From Bilabrum cf. latius (Eukaryota): a stretch of DNA of 64,000 nt. The notes under the pieces were generated by a model, which made no database searches, was not told where the DNA came from, and was given only the letters and a program-made list of their open reading frames with translations. The stretch spans positions 310,001 to 374,000 of the forward strand of contig OZ237736.1 of NCBI GenBank assembly GCA_965178125.1. The letters run 5' to 3'. How positions within the stretch are numbered: position 1 is the first letter of the stretch; each line of letters starts with the position of its first letter. Positions 11,992-25,035 of this stretch are shown here, one piece after another. The position numbers and the translations under genes were made by a program.

Positions 11992-14900
11992 ATGGAGCAT
12001 ATAGAAAAGTCAGTTCACACTTGGGATGAAATTGGGGCAATATTGCTGCAATTGGCTGCTAATCCAACATGCCTTGTGCCCGTGCTAGAGCGGCGTGGAG
12101 CTCCATCGCTACCAGGGATTCGAAGGGAGACCCTTGTCCTTCACGTGCCGTCAAGCGATTCATCAATGCCTGTCAAATTTATGAGAATACTATGCTAGCT
12201 TATTCTGACTGCTGACTAGATGCGGGGCCTCTATCTTTGTATGGAGGGCGGATTCGGCGAAACGAAGGATGTACGCATTGTGGTTGATCTACTCGAGGGG
12301 AAAGGCCCTGCCTGCCGGACCCGTACGCCAGGGCTGGAGCACCTTGTTATAACTAACATAGAACTTGGCACGGAAGAGTGTGGAGAGCTTGCCGAGTCTC
12401 TTCGGAACACGCGCGGCCTGCAGCGGCTCGGGCTGGTTTGCAATGTAGTGAAGCCGGAAGGGCTGCAGCAGATATGCGAGGCACTAAAAGCTGGCCAAGC
12501 GGTGGACAGTAGTGACACAGACCCAGCACTGCACGGCCATGGAGGACTCCCATGCTCTCTCCGCCAGCTTACGCTGGGTGGGAACGCGGCAGCCTTCGAC
12601 GGCGTCGGAGCAGCCGCTGCTAGCGGCTTGCTCGCTTCACCCCTTTGCCCCCTGGAGCTCCTGCACATGGATCAATGCAATTTGTCGCCCAGTTCATTGG
12701 AATGCGTGGCCCAGGGTCTCCTCGACCAGGCCGAGCATGCCAAGCTGCACCCAGCACCGGCTGGGTCCGCAGGAAGGAGGATAAAATCGTTTGCTGTCAC
12801 CAGCAAGTAGACCGAAGCAACTAGGGCCAGCACGTGCTAGGGGCTAAAGAAGCTGTCGGAAGCGCTTGCGCACCCCAGCTGCAGCCTCCGTCGCCTGGAC
12901 CTCACGTTCACAGCAGCAAGGCCCGGGCCTGCGTCCACCTCGGTGCTGGGCGCGGGCCTGCGTGCCAACGCGTCACTCTGGTATTTGCTGGGAGGTGCCC
13001 AGGGACAAGGTCATACCACCGAAGCGTTTTTGCAGGCGGCGGTGGGCGGGCAGCTGAAGGAAATTCAGATTAACGAGTGCACTGCGGGTGAGGGCACGGC
13101 TGCGGTTCTGCGCGATGCCTTGGCTGGAACAGCCGGCGGGGTACCCGCAGCAAAATCGGCCGCAGGAGGTGAACCGCAATGCAATGCGCCTTCACTACGA
13201 GTGCTCAGGCTGGGCATGTCGCCCAACGACGAGAGTCCAGTCTATTCGGAGCGGAATGAGGGCAGCATCCGGCTAGGGGAGGAAGCAGCCGCGGCTGCCG
13301 AGTTTGCTGCCGCCACCCTGCCGATATCTGATTTCTCGCTCCGCTCGTTCGAACTGATGTCGTCTCCGCTAACAGAACGTTCGCTGGGTTCGCTGACACG
13401 ACTCCTTCAGTCGCACCGCATCGACGAGTCGTCCATGGCGCGACTCACCTCCCCTTCTATCTCCCATGCCGACCCAGCCGTGGCGGCTGCTGCGACAGCG
13501 GCGATGGCAGCATCACTTTCGTTGCCAGACCATGAGGATGCATCAGAAGGCACCGTAGATAAGCCCGGAAAGGCAGACGCTAAGCACGGCGTGAATTCTG
13601 GTGCTGGTCTCAGGGTGCTGAAGCTGATGAACTGCGACGTGCCGCAGGAGGCCGCTGAGGTCGCTGCGTTTCATGGGATGCTGCGCGCGATCCGGGGGCA
13701 TCGAGGCCTTGAGGAATTTGCGATCATCGGTAAGAAGTACGTGGGAGATGACGGCACCCGCGTCATCTGCGAGGCGATCGAGGAGACCGAGTCCATGATC
13801 GAGAAGTGGTACGACGTGGTGCAGCGCAGGGGGCAGAGGCCGAGGGGAGTGAGGGTGCTGGAGCTCATGCAGGCAGGCGTGGGGAACAACGGGGGCCGCC
13901 GCATCGCGCAGCTTCTGCGTTCCACCCGGCTCCTGAATCACATCAACCTGTGCGCCAACTCTGGAATCAAGAACGCGGCCGGCTTTGCTCTCGGACTGGC
14001 ACTGGTTGACCCCACGCTAGAGTCCCCTGCTTCCCTGCGGCAGTACGTGTCTAAAACAGATCGGCTGAACACGAATATGGGCGTGTGGGGCACGCTTGTT
14101 TCGTACGAGGGCAGGTCCTCTGCTCTGCATTCGGACGCGGGCGTGCCTGATGTCGCTGTGTGCGAGGAGGCAAGAAAGAAGGACGAGGGGGCAGGGGAGC
14201 TTGGGCCCGCTGACGTTGGCATGAGCATGGGCATGGGCATGGACGCGACCGCAAGTGGGAAAGATGGCGACGACGAATACGACGACGAAGGCTACAGCTC
14301 GATGGACGCATTCAAGGCAGGGCGGCCCAATCGCTCGCTCCGCAGCTTAAGGATGGCCGGCTGCATGACGCCCGACGTGGGTACGCAACCCATCCTGTTC
14401 GCACTGGCAAGGAACCAAGCCCTGGTTGAAATCGACGTGTCATTCTGCGGCTTTGACATAGAGGAGAGCGAGTGCTGGAACAGCGAGGACCTGGCAAGAA
14501 TCATGCCGCACAACCAGTCCTTGCGCGTGCTCGACTACGCGGGCGCTCCCGACACCAAGGGGATCGCCGAGCTCGTCCGATCGCTGCAGCGCACTAACTC
14601 CGGCGTTGCTTGGATGAGGCAGGACCAGCAGGTGCTTTACCAGGTACCTGTCTCGGAGCACCCTGCGCGAAACAGGGAGGCGATTGCGTTGCGGCTTCTG
14701 CAGCAGCAGCAACAGGAAAAGGAGAAGGAAGCGTCGGAAGGGAAGTCGGGTTCCCCGTTGTCTCCGTTGGAAAGATCGAAATTGTCGGCAGCGGGTGCAT
14801 TGCTTCACCTGGCCACGCAAGGCAGCACCCAGACAAGCGCCGAAGACATCGCACAGCACGTGGCAGGTGTGCTGCGCCGACACGCATCTCGGTGCACGGG

Positions 14901-15504
14901 CCTTTGGGCCGACACGATGATGCCACTGCTGTAGGACCTGCTGGACGTGACCCAGGAGAAGCTGTAGGTGCCTCATTTGGACGAGCACGTCGACATCCAG
15001 CGGTCTAGGGGCTTGCACCGGCCCTTCCCGTTGGAGGCCCTGCACCGCTGTGGGGTGTTTGGGGCCGTGCGGTAGATCTGGAGCGGAGGCTCTCTCGAGG
15101 GGGCAGCTGCTTCTGCTCGGCGCGATGATGATGATCGTGTTGTTGTCCGCGGTTTGGATGAGAATGCCGCCGGTGGCGATGCCAGTGCATTCGTGGATTC
15201 TCACTGTACAACTAGTGGTGGTGGCGGCAAGGGCCCAAGGGGGCCGGTGTCTTGGAGGGTGAAAGAGCTGTGCGAGCAGGTGCTCGCGATGGAATAGGAG
15301 CTGCTTGAGGACACCTATAGAAGTAGATTGTCTGCTGCTGGCGGGAGCGGGGCAGGCAGTCCCGATGGCAGTGGAAGCGAAAGTGCCGGTGGCAGCCAGG
15401 GCACGGCCTCCGCTCGATTGCGAGGTGCTGCAGTCTTTGATGGGAATGACAGCCCGCGGCACTTCAGGGGACTGCTCATGTTCATGGAGGAGGACTTCCA
15501 CTAA
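11992..15504 (+). CDS. ribonuclease-inhibitor-type (NLRC3/RanGAP-like) LRR protein, about 1170 aa
   Basis: ORFs 11992, 12220 and 12943 are in one frame joined by TAG. Motifs include GLKKLSEALAHPSCSLRRLDL, LARNQALVEIDVSFCGF and VGDDGTRVICEAI. Ends at TAA 15502-15504 followed by AT-rich DNA. Confidence 0.8.
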
Positions 15505-15633
15505 TGTGTGTTGATTGTTGTTTGATATCTACGTTGTATTGCCAGTCGCCTCCGAGTCATGGCAGTTCATGTCGATGCGAAGGTTCGTGAACATTGACCG
15601 GACATCGGAATTTCGGAAATTTCCACAGACGCC

Positions 15634-16580
15634 ATGGCGGGAAATGCCTCAGCTGACGATGACTTGAAATTCGTGGACGCTAACGACCCCAGTATCCGAG
15701 ACGATGCATCTGCTGGCGCGGCTCCGGCTCCTCTAGGAGAGATGGCACCGGTTCCAACGCAAACGCTCGGCCAGATGGGCGATGGAGCACCAACATGGCG
15801 CAACTTTATTTGTTTGTCTTCGAATCCAGGGGTAGCGTTCTTCCATCTCTTCTTCAAGGTGAGCCGCTGTGCAAATCATTATGCGCGCCCTAGGCCCGGG
15901 GCAGCTACATGTGTACTCGGTTTGCTGCCGCGCTCTCGCTTCTGCCGCAGGCTGTCGCCCTATTCGTATTTTTGTTTTACAAGCTGCTCGGATTGAATTT
16001 CGAAACCACATTTATCGTATGCACGCTGTCGCTGGCGTTCGACTTCTGGGTTGTGAAAAATCTGTCGGGAAGAATTCTTGTTGGGCTTCGATGGTGGAAC
16101 GAGCAGAAGGAAGACGGCAGCAGCGAGTGGAGATTCGAATCGCATCCTGATGGGAGGGAAGGCGTGAAGCCGGTGGACAGCCGCATCTTTTGGACCGGCC
16201 TGTACGCGGCCCCTGCGATCTGGCTTGTGGCGGGCATCCTGGAGCTGCTGTCTCTCAGCTTCACTTGGCTGCTCATCTGTGCCGTTGGGGTGGCACTGCA
16301 GGGCGCGAACGTGTATGGGTACATCCGCTGCTCTCGCAGCCAGCAGCAGCAGCTCGAGTCGGCGATGCAGAACGGTGCGCTGTCAGCGTTCGGCGGGGGT
16401 ATGCTCGGGACGGTGATCGCAGCGGCTGGTGGAGCGTCGAGGCAAGCGGCTGCGGCACCGGCTGAGGCCTAGAGCGCGAGTTCCGGCTAGGCAGGCGCCC
16501 CATCTGCGCCGGTTGGAGGGCCTCCAGCACAAAGCGGCAGCCGGTTCACGGGCAGCGCTGATGGATTGGGGGAGCCGTGA
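15634..16580 (+). CDS. TVP23: Golgi membrane protein TVP23 (DUF846); exons 15634-15858 and 15951-16580
   Basis: FFHLFFK / AFDFWVVKNLSGRILVGLRWWNE / WRFES / GANVYGYIRC. Two TAGs in the tail, ends at TGA. Confidence 0.92.
15859..15950 (+). other. spliceosomal intron, 92 nt
   Basis: GTGAGC...GCCGCAG; removal restores the TVP23 frame. Confidence 0.88.
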
Positions 16581-16657
16581 CAGCAAGGGTGGAGACACCT
16601 TTGGTTGGATTTGAATAGTTCATATGTATTCTAAATACGACTCAAATTAGATCAAAA

Positions 16658-16980
16658 TCATATTCTTTCCAAACCTTCAAGTCGAACTATCGTGTTGCCT
16701 CGAATCACCTGCGCGCGTTGCTCCAAGATATCAGGGTGGAATCATCCTACTGGGAAATTGGAAGGAGGCTAGAGCAAAGCTATTACAATACTTCACTTAC
16801 CACATTTCCCATCTCAACCTGCTCCGTTTCGGAAACCTTCTCGAACGTTTCGTCCAGAACCACGTTCATGTACAGGTCGTATCCCTTCAGGATGCCCTGA
16901 ACCTCCCGGCCTGCGTTCAGCGTAACAGAAACGCGCTTGTTCATGAACTTTTTCAAGTCAGGTCCGATTGGCTTGGGCAT
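16658..16980 (-). CDS. SNRPG: small nuclear ribonucleoprotein G; exons 16980-16801 and 16708-16658
   Basis: MPKPIGPDLKKFMNKRVSVTLNAGREVQGILKGYDLYMNVVLDE...GNV|VIRGNTIVRLEGLERI-TGA matches the SmG Sm1/Sm2 motifs. Confidence 0.93.
16709..16800 (-). other. spliceosomal intron, 92 nt
   Basis: GTAAGT...GCGCGCAG; removal restores the IRGN motif. Confidence 0.9.
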
Positions 16981-17119
16981 GGCTTCAGCAAGTCTGCCAC
17001 TTCCCGGCGCTGCTTCGGCGCCGCGCAATAATCCGGAGTCGATCAGGCTTTGGTTCCGTACCGTCACAAACCATCAATCCATCCTTATCGACTCTCATTT
17101 CCTCTAGGATTGCGTTGCA

Positions 17120-19018
17120 ATGTCATCATTTGGAAAAATATTTCGAGTAACAACATTTGGCGAATCGCACTGCCGCGGAGTGGGAGCGATTATCGATGGG
17201 TGCCCGCCAATGCTGCACCTGTCAGAGGCAGATATACAGCCGCAGCTGACCCGCCGCCGCCCAGGGCAGAGCTCGCTGACGACACCTCGGTCTGAAAGTG
17301 ATAGGGTGCAAATTCAATCCGGTACAGAGGGTGGATTTACGCTTGGAACTCCGATCGGTCTCTTCGTGCCGAACCTCAACGTGAAGCCGCAGGATTATTC
17401 GGAGATGACCAAGATTCCGCGTCCCGGGCACGCAGACTTCCTGTATCAGGCAAAGTATGGAATCAGGGCGGCTTCGGGTGGCGGTCGATCTTCAGCTCGT
17501 GAGACGATTGGCCGAGTGGCAGCGGGCGCAGTTGCCGAGAAATGGCTCAGGCAGCAGTTCGGGACCGAGATTGTCTCCTTCGTGTCATCCGTAGGATACA
17601 TTCTTCTAGCCCCCGAAGCGCATAGAAATTCCGAGGGAAAGCCCTGGACGAGGGCCGAAGTGGACATCCGGGGTACGCTGCGCCTCATCGCAGGCGAGAA
17701 CTACTCCCAGGCGCTCAAGGAGGGCGCGGACGAGGCCGCCCTGAAGCAAGCCAGGGAACAAGACGAGGCGGCCTTTGTGGCGGCGGGGCCCCCACCCGCC
17801 AGGGAAGGCGAACGGCCGCCACCGGGAACCTTCGCCCAGTCTGCGTCGTCGTCCTCGTCCTCGTCCTCGTCGGCGGAAGTCGCGACAGGCGCCTCGACAG
17901 GAAGTTCCGCAAGCACCGGCGCCGCCGGCGCTCCGTGCTACGTGGACTCGGAAGGGAACCTCTACGACAGAGAAGGTTCCTTGGTGGGCAAATGCAAGGA
18001 GGCCGCTCCCACCGTGGACAGCCTGGGCACGGTGAGCCCCCCCACCGGGAAACAGACCGAAGCGGCGAGGAACGTTCTCCCAGGACTCACCGATGACGTG
18101 GTGCAGGTCCGCTGCCCTTGCCCTAGCACCTCCGCGAGGATGGCCACCCTGATCCGCTGGATCAAGAGCCAGAAGGACTCCACTGGGGGCACCTTGGCCT
18201 GCACCTGCTCCGGAGTGCCCATCGGCCTTGGGGAGCCTTGCTTTGACAAGCTCGAGGCTCAGCTGGCGCATGCCATGTTGTCCCTTCCCGCCACCAAGGG
18301 CTTTGAAATCGGCTCCGGATTCGACGGCACGAGGCTCAGGGGCTCCCTCCACAACGACATGTTCGCTCCCGCCGGTGACGCGCCGACCTCCTGGACGGGT
18401 CAGGCGGAGAAGGCGGTCCTGGCCGCCACGTCAGCCACGTCATCGGCGGTGGCGGTGGCATCATCTTCCTCCGGAGCTGCATCCTCCTCGTCTTCCTCTC
18501 TGCCTGGGGCAGCTGGCCCTGTGCAGGTGCACGGCACGATGACGCAGGGCAAGGTGCTCCTGCGGCCTGCGACCAACAGGGCGGGAGGCACGCTCGGAGG
18601 CATCTCAACGGGTGCCGACATCGAATTCCGGGTAGCGATCAAGCCCGTGTCGACGATCGGCAGGGAACAAAAGACGGCAGGCTTCGACGGAGGCGTAACG
18701 GAGCTCAAAGCACGTGGCAGGCACGACCCCTGCGTGCTGCCCAGGGCACCGCCGCTGGTGGAGGGCATGGCTGCCTTGGTGCTGGCAGACGCGGCGCTTG
18801 TGCAGGCCACGAGGAGGCCACCGGTGACGTTCGCGCAGGCGGTTGCAACCAGTGGGAAGGTTGCAACCGGTAGCGACGGCGAGGCAACTGCCGCCGTAGG
18901 GGAGAAAAGGAGCATGCCCGTGGGGGCAACTGCTTCGGGTTCTGGGGCAGCAGCGGAGGCACCCAACGGCACAGATGTACCCGCTGCTGCAAAGAAGGCG
19001 CGAACTGAGCCCGCATGA
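17120..19018 (+). CDS. aroC: chorismate synthase with long low-complexity insertions
   Basis: TTFGESH, RPGHAD, GGRSSARETIGRVAAGAVA and GRHDPCVLPRA signatures; no TAG; ends at TGA. Confidence 0.96.
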   Translation: MSSFGKIFRVTTFGESHCRGVGAIIDGCPPMLHLSEADIQPQLTRRRPGQSSLTTPRSESDRVQIQSGTEGGFTLGTPIGLFVPNLNVKPQDYSEMTKIPRPGHADFLYQAKYGIRAASGGGRSSARETIGRVAAGAVAEKWLRQQFGTEIVSFVSSVGYILLAPEAHRNSEGKPWTRAEVDIRGTLRLIAGENYSQALKEGADEAALKQAREQDEAAFVAAGPPPAREGERPPPGTFAQSASSSSSSSSSAEVATGASTGSSASTGAAGAPCYVDSEGNLYDREGSLVGKCKEAAPTVDSLGTVSPPTGKQTEAARNVLPGLTDDVVQVRCPCPSTSARMATLIRWIKSQKDSTGGTLACTCSGVPIGLGEPCFDKLEAQLAHAMLSLPATKGFEIGSGFDGTRLRGSLHNDMFAPAGDAPTSWTGQAEKAVLAATSATSSAVAVASSSSGAASSSSSSLPGAAGPVQVHGTMTQGKVLLRPATNRAGGTLGGISTGADIEFRVAIKPVSTIGREQKTAGFDGGVTELKARGRHDPCVLPRAPPLVEGMAALVLADAALVQATRRPPVTFAQAVATSGKVATGSDGEATAAVGEKRSMPVGATASGSGAAAEAPNGTDVPAAAKKARTEPA

Positions 19019-19165
19019 TGGGAGCGTATGGCGTGCGAAGTACATGGATGGGTCCCGGCGACTACTGCGGGAGTAGATCTGCAGCGTATCGGCTGCACAG
19101 CGCAACGGCTATACATGCCTTTTGACTCAGAACGAAGATTATCTCCATTGGAAACATATTTCTAA

Positions 19166-20362
19166 TCAGTCCGAATACACGCCGGAATCAGATTCAAATC
19201 CGTCCAACCCTAGATCTGCCTCTGCTTCCTCGTCCTCTTCCCCGTCTTCTCCCTTGTCCTCACTTGCCGCCGTCAGGTCCCTCTCACCCACTGTGTTCCC
19301 TGAGGCACACACGACGCCGCCAGGCCCACTGCTGTGGACGGTCCACTTGGTACCATGCCCTGTCGATGGTTGGCCTCGGCCTCGGGCACTGGCCAAGCCC
19401 GCCCCGCTGGCAGCCCGCGCAGCTGCCTCGAAGATCTAGCCCTCCTCGCTTTGCATCAAGTTGTATCGGTCGTCAGGCCTGAGTACGCATTGACCTGACT
19501 CTATGCGGCTTTCAAGAACGGCTCCGTTCGAGCCGGGGCGGTGTTGACTACTCCTATCCCTTCCGTCGCCCAGCACGGCGATGCGAGCACTCGTCAGGGA
19601 CTGGGAAATGGATCGCATGGTCGCCTGCGAGGCTTGATCCGATCCTTTCAAATGATCCGATCCCCTGGCATCTGCCGGTTGCAACCTCAAGATCGACGCC
19701 ACGCTGCTGCCAGTCGATACATCGGACCCGCTGGGAGACTGCAGCACGTGCTCAGCCGTAGCACCACTAGTAGTCGAGGCACCGCGTGCTCGCTCGCCCT
19801 TGAGGTTGCAACCGGCATCACGACCAGGGTGCTCGTCATCATCTATAGCAGTAGACGATAGACTCAGTGGTCTCAGCACCTCTGGGGCGGCGCTATCACC
19901 CGTGCTGGCAGCCGGGGCACCTGCTCCTGCTCCTGCTCGCTCGCTCGGCTACACCGACAGAGCACCGGACATCTCGCCGGAGCCGCAGCATTGGCGAGGC
20001 CCGAAGAGCTCGAACTCGGTCCGGCGCATGAAATCGTCGATAGATTCATGGTTGTCTTGCTGCGTGTTGACTGCAAGATCGACGGTCTCGCTCGATCCAC
20101 AGGCAGCTCCCTCGCTGCTCGGTACCTCGGAATGGCGCACCTGGCTGGGGACACAGATCCTGATCACTCCGGGGCGGCCAGTGATCGGCCCGTCGGCATC
20201 AACCTTTCTCTCTCCTAGCTATTTGCTACTTGACGGCTCGAGGCCATCCGCAAACCCCACTCGTTTCTCACCACCGTGACTGGGCGATCGTTGCCTTGCA
20301 CTTGGGCCACCTTGAATACCATGCACTGCTCTCATCGCCGAATCAGCGGATATTGATTGCAT
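19166..20362 (-). CDS. low-complexity acidic hypothetical protein, about 398 aa
   Basis: ATG20362 reads through three TAGs joining ORFs 19949..20167, 19436..19879 and 19166..19396; ends at TGA. Confidence 0.65.
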
Positions 20363-20707
20363 CTTTCAGGCTCTCATGTCCATTCTGCATCAAGGTAATG
20401 ATTTAGAGGCGCGCCTGATGCAGTTGTCTGAACATGCAGCCAAACAGGCGGTTTCAATGATTGGCTGGGCAAATTCCGCAATTGTTCAACCGCGATAGTG
20501 ATACTTTAGAGGATCAGCATGCTTCCGCATCCAGCACAGTGGATGAAAAAACTTACAATGCAGATGTTGGTCTGAATCGCTATCGAATTGCACACGATTT
20601 TCCATGCAAGCTTCTGATCGCGCATCGATGGCCCGAACTTGCAGTTGCCGTGCGAGTCGCTCCGGGTCCTCGCAACGAACAGCTGGTCGCAAGTCTCAAC
20701 ACATGGT

Positions 20708-23155
20708 TTAATCCTCCTCCACGACCATGTCCTGGATCTCCTTCCTATTTCCAGCCGCAAACGCGCTGATCTCTTCGATCCGAAGCCGGTCCCTGCTCAC
20801 CTCTTCCTGCTTGCGGCCGTCCACGGCGCGGTGCCTCTCGTCCTGGTCGTATTTCTTGACCTCGTCCAGCACAGCGAACACCTGGCCCAGTCGAGCCTCG
20901 GCAGCGGCGGCAATCATCCCATCCGCCGTGTCCCTGTCCCCCAGCATGGCCGCAAGATCCTCGGGCATGTCCACCAGCCGAACCCCCACCTTGCTCCCCT
21001 CGTCGTCCTCTTCGCCCTCTCCGCCCTCCCCTGCGGAACCATCCTGCGCGGCGCCATCGGAACCCATACCACCCATGGGCATCCCCCCATCCTACCCGTC
21101 GCCCCCGGCCGCCCCCCCGTCTGCGGAACCATCCCCTGATCCCGCGGCGCCCCCACTCCGAGCAGCAGCATCGTGCTGCGCCTTTGCTTCATCCACGGCC
21201 CGCTGGGCCGCGGCATCGGCCGTGCTGTCGGCTCGGATCACGGACAGGATCCGGGGATCTCTGATATTGTGCTTTGATAGGTGCGCTTTTAGGAGCTGCG
21301 GCGCCGCCGATTCCGGATCCTCGGCGTACCTTTCCACGAGCTGCATGATGTGTTCCTTGGAGTTTTTGCCGAACCAGTCCTCAAGGCTCACCGCCTCGTT
21401 GAGCGTGTTGTCCAGGAAAGCCCTCCTCTTGTCGCAGAGGTCGTTGAAGGCCGTGTGGAAGGCGTCCAGAACCGCCACGCAGGATTCGTGCAGCCTTAGC
21501 TCAAGGAGCAGGAGCCTGCCCCTCGTCTCCTCGTTCTTCTAGTGGGCCAGCTGGAGCAGCTCCAGGGCCTCGTCGGGACCCATCGCCTGGCCGTCCAGCC
21601 GGAAGACCGCTTGTTCCCTGGGTGTCAACTCGATTCCGAATAGGGGGTGCTCGGTCGGTCCGACGGCGCCTGCCTCGCTGCTGTCGGCGCCCCTGGAGGG
21701 TCCGCTGGAAGCACCAGCTCCACCTGCTGCTGCGGCCCCGCGGCCCTTGGTCGACGTCGATGCGTGTGACGAGTGAGCCTCCCCAATCTCGGCCTGGAGC
21801 TGCTTGATTTTGTGCCCCAGCCCTCCCGGAGCCGTCGTGTCCTCCTCTTCTAGCCTTCGCCGAACCTTCTTCAAAAAATTGCGGAACATGGAAGCGACCT
21901 GCATGCTCTCCAGGTCACTGGCCTCCCGCACCCTCCGAAGAGCCTCGTCCACGTCTCTCTCTTCTCGTTGAATGGCGTGGCCCATCACGGTCCCGCGCTC
22001 AAGAGCCCGAAGCACCACCTGTGTGACGGAGCGGGCGTACCGGGCCCAGTACACCTGCATGCCTGGGATGCGGAGCACGCGGTTTCGTGCGAGCAGAAGC
22101 TCTGACTCTGCCTCGGCGTCGATCAGGTCGTCTTCATCTTCGATTTCCTGCACTTCCTCCTCGTCATCGCCCCCAGCCCCCATGCTGCTTCCGCCCGCGG
22201 GCCGAGCACCTGCTCGGCTGCTCCCTGCTCGTGCTCGCCCCTCCTCGTGTTCGGTTTCTTTCATAAGCTTGCTCCCGTCGTCATCGTCCGGCTATCCCGA
22301 TATGCGGCCCCAGAGGCCGGCCAGGAAGTGCATGCCCAGCTTGTGCATCGCCGAGCGCTCGTCCTGGCGCCGCTTCACCTCCGCCTTTGCTTCGACCAGA
22401 CGCTCCTCTCGCATCCTCAGCGGCTCAGATTCCGTCACGTGAGCTTCCTCCGCAGCAGTTCGCTCCTCGCCGGTGATCGCGGTGTAGTCGAGCCACTTGA
22501 GCTGCGGCAATTTCGCGATGGTGATGCCTCTGTATTCGGGCTCCCGCTGGCACGCGTGAACGTTCCCAGAAATAGACAGGCACTTGAGCTTCGGCAAGCG
22601 CCGTAGGTGGGCGATCGAATCGAAGCTCTAGAAACTATTGTTGCCTAGCGTTAGAATCTGCAGCTGCGTCAAATGGCTCAGATTCTCACAACGCCTGATC
22701 TTGTTTGAGGCCAGTAGCAGGTCTGTCAGTTTCGTGTTGTGCGTGAGGTTCTCGATCTTCTCGATCCGATTGAACGAAAGATCGAGCTCCTCCAGATCGC
22801 GCAGCGTATCTAGCCCTTCTATCCGGGATATCCTGTTGTTGTCAAGCTTCAGGACTCGGAGGGATGTCAGCGCCCGCAAGTTCGCAATCGACAGGATCGA
22901 TCTGAAGGACAGCTAGACACTTGGCAACTTGTGCAACTCAAGCTAGGGGAAAACAGGTTTCGCATCAATCAAGGCCTTGAGATTCTTGCTCTGGGCAGCC
23001 GATGCTTGTGCCTACGCTGCCAGATCACGGGCCTCTTCCTCATACAGAATCTCATCCTCCCGTACCGCATCTCGTATCATCCTTTCATCGATAACCCCGT
23101 GATCAGGATCTCTCACTTTGATGGGCTCAACAGTATAGCGAAACAACGACGCCAT
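20708..23155 (-). CDS. DRC3: dynein regulatory complex subunit 3 (LRRC48)
   Basis: SDS22-like LRRs (LKLDNNRISRIEGLDTL..LDLSFNRIEKIENL), LRR cap LPQLKWLDY, coiled coil and C-terminal RDRLRIEEISAF. Seven TAGs; ends at TAA near the homologous C-terminus. Confidence 0.85.
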
Positions 23156-23288
23156 ATTTATGCCGAGCCAACAGATTTGCCGCTAGAGAGCTGCCTTTGC
23201 ACAACGGATGATTTTGCGTGGCGCCGCCAAGGTCGCTGGAAGGTTCCGCTGCGCGTGGTCGCAACTACGCTAAACAAAAACGAAGTAA

Positions 23289-24758
23289 ATGCGCCTTTGC
23301 GTAGCACAGATTGCAGCGTGTATCCACCATGGAGATCTTAATACTATAGCAAACATGTGCAGGGTCGAAGCTCTCATAAAAAGAGTTTCGGAAAGCTGTG
23401 ATGTGATATTGCTGCCGGAGCTTTTTCTGCAAGGCTACCAGCTGGACGGAGCGAGACTCGAAAGGCAATCTATTCAAATTTTTGGCGGTGGTGATAAGGT
23501 TTTGTCAGGTCCTATTGCTCGTTTGGCGTCGATGTGTTGTAAATTCGGAGTATCGCTCGTTGCTACTACGGCAGAAAAGCCACCTGAGGGCAAGTGCCTG
23601 AACTCGGCAGTCCTCATCGGATCGGATGGAGACATCAAATATGTGTACAGAAAGACTCACTTGTGGGCGAGTGATGCAGCCGGCGTCGCGGGCGAGCGCG
23701 CCGTATTCGGCACCCCAGTCCCGACCGGCACAAAAGGTGAAGCCCCCAGGCACGATGCAATCTTTCCCGTGGCAGAGCTGCCTACACCCACCAAAGCTGC
23801 AGTAGGCAGTGGAGCCAAGGAAGTGTCTGGAACACGCCTCAGGGCCGGATCGCTGATCTGCTACGACGTAGAGTTTCCAGAGCCCGCTCGCTTGCTCGCT
23901 GCCAAAGGTGCCGACCTTCTGCTCGTCCCCACTGCCTCCACGGGACCTGCCGACATTCTCTCCGGGCTGCTCGTCCCCGCTCGATCCTACGAGAATCACG
24001 TCGTCTGCGCGTACTGCAACTACCCTGGGCGGCTAGCCGCAGAGCTGCCCGACCTCGGTGCCATCGGAGCAAGTGCTCCGGGCGACCGAGCATTGCAGGA
24101 GCAATCGTTGAGGGAGTCGGCCGCAGAGTGGGCGGCCGCCCTGCCAATGCACCACGCTTCGTTTGAGCATCGATTGCGCCAAGACCAGAGGGTCGGCCCC
24201 GGGGCAAGCGGCGAGGGGGGGAAATGCTAGGGGCCATCGAGCGCGGGCACCTCTGCCTCCAACGAGGAGTCCTCGACGGAGGCATCGCCAGCGTCCCATG
24301 GCAGGCAGGAAGAGAAATCGATCGCCCCGTACGGCTTCTCTGGCAATAGTGTAGTGTGTGGTCCGGACGGACAAGTGCTTGCTCGCCTTGACGACAGGGA
24401 ACAAATCGTAATTGTGAGCATAGATCAGTGCACCGGGCCTGCGCTGGGAGACGAGGCAACTGCAGCGGCATCGGCCGCGGATCCATCTGCATCACCCGCA
24501 GATGAAGCAGCGACCAAGAGCGCTGCTGACAAACTGGCCGCATCGGCAGCCTCTTTGCTTGCAGCTGCCAGCGCGGATACGGCAGCCTCAGCAGCAGGAA
24601 TAGTGGAAGGAAGCAGCGCCGCAGGCAGCGTCTACAGGGGCCATCGGCTGCGTAATCCATACCTGGCAGATCGCAGGCTGGATCTATACGGTGGTTTGGG
24701 GGGTCGAGGGCGCGAAGAACGCGAGCCTTAGTTCTGGGGGCGTGCTGGCGGCAAGTGA
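23289..24758 (+). CDS. carbon-nitrogen hydrolase (nitrilase superfamily, DavA/amidase-like)
   Basis: Catalytic triad LPELF / YRKTHLW / ICYDVEFPE. The C-terminal motifs GNSVVCGPDG and NPYLADRRLDLYG lie beyond TAG 24228. Ends at TGA 24756. Confidence 0.9.
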
Positions 24759-25035
24759 TGGGCGGCGCGTGCCGCTCGACGGCTACTAGTAGATCTACGC
24801 ATACCGTCTTGGGAATGCTCGCAGGGCCGTCCTAGCGCGAATGCCGGACCGTGTACCACACCCTGAACAGTTAAATGTGTTTGAGTATCAGAGTATTGTG
24901 TATTAGCTTTATGTTCACGCACGAATGCTAGATATAGCTCAGCCGAACATTGCGTGACGAAAGGTGAAATGAAGATGCGGGACGAGTGATCGAGGCCGCA
25001 CGCACGCGGTCACTACAAATTCCGTACCCAGCAGC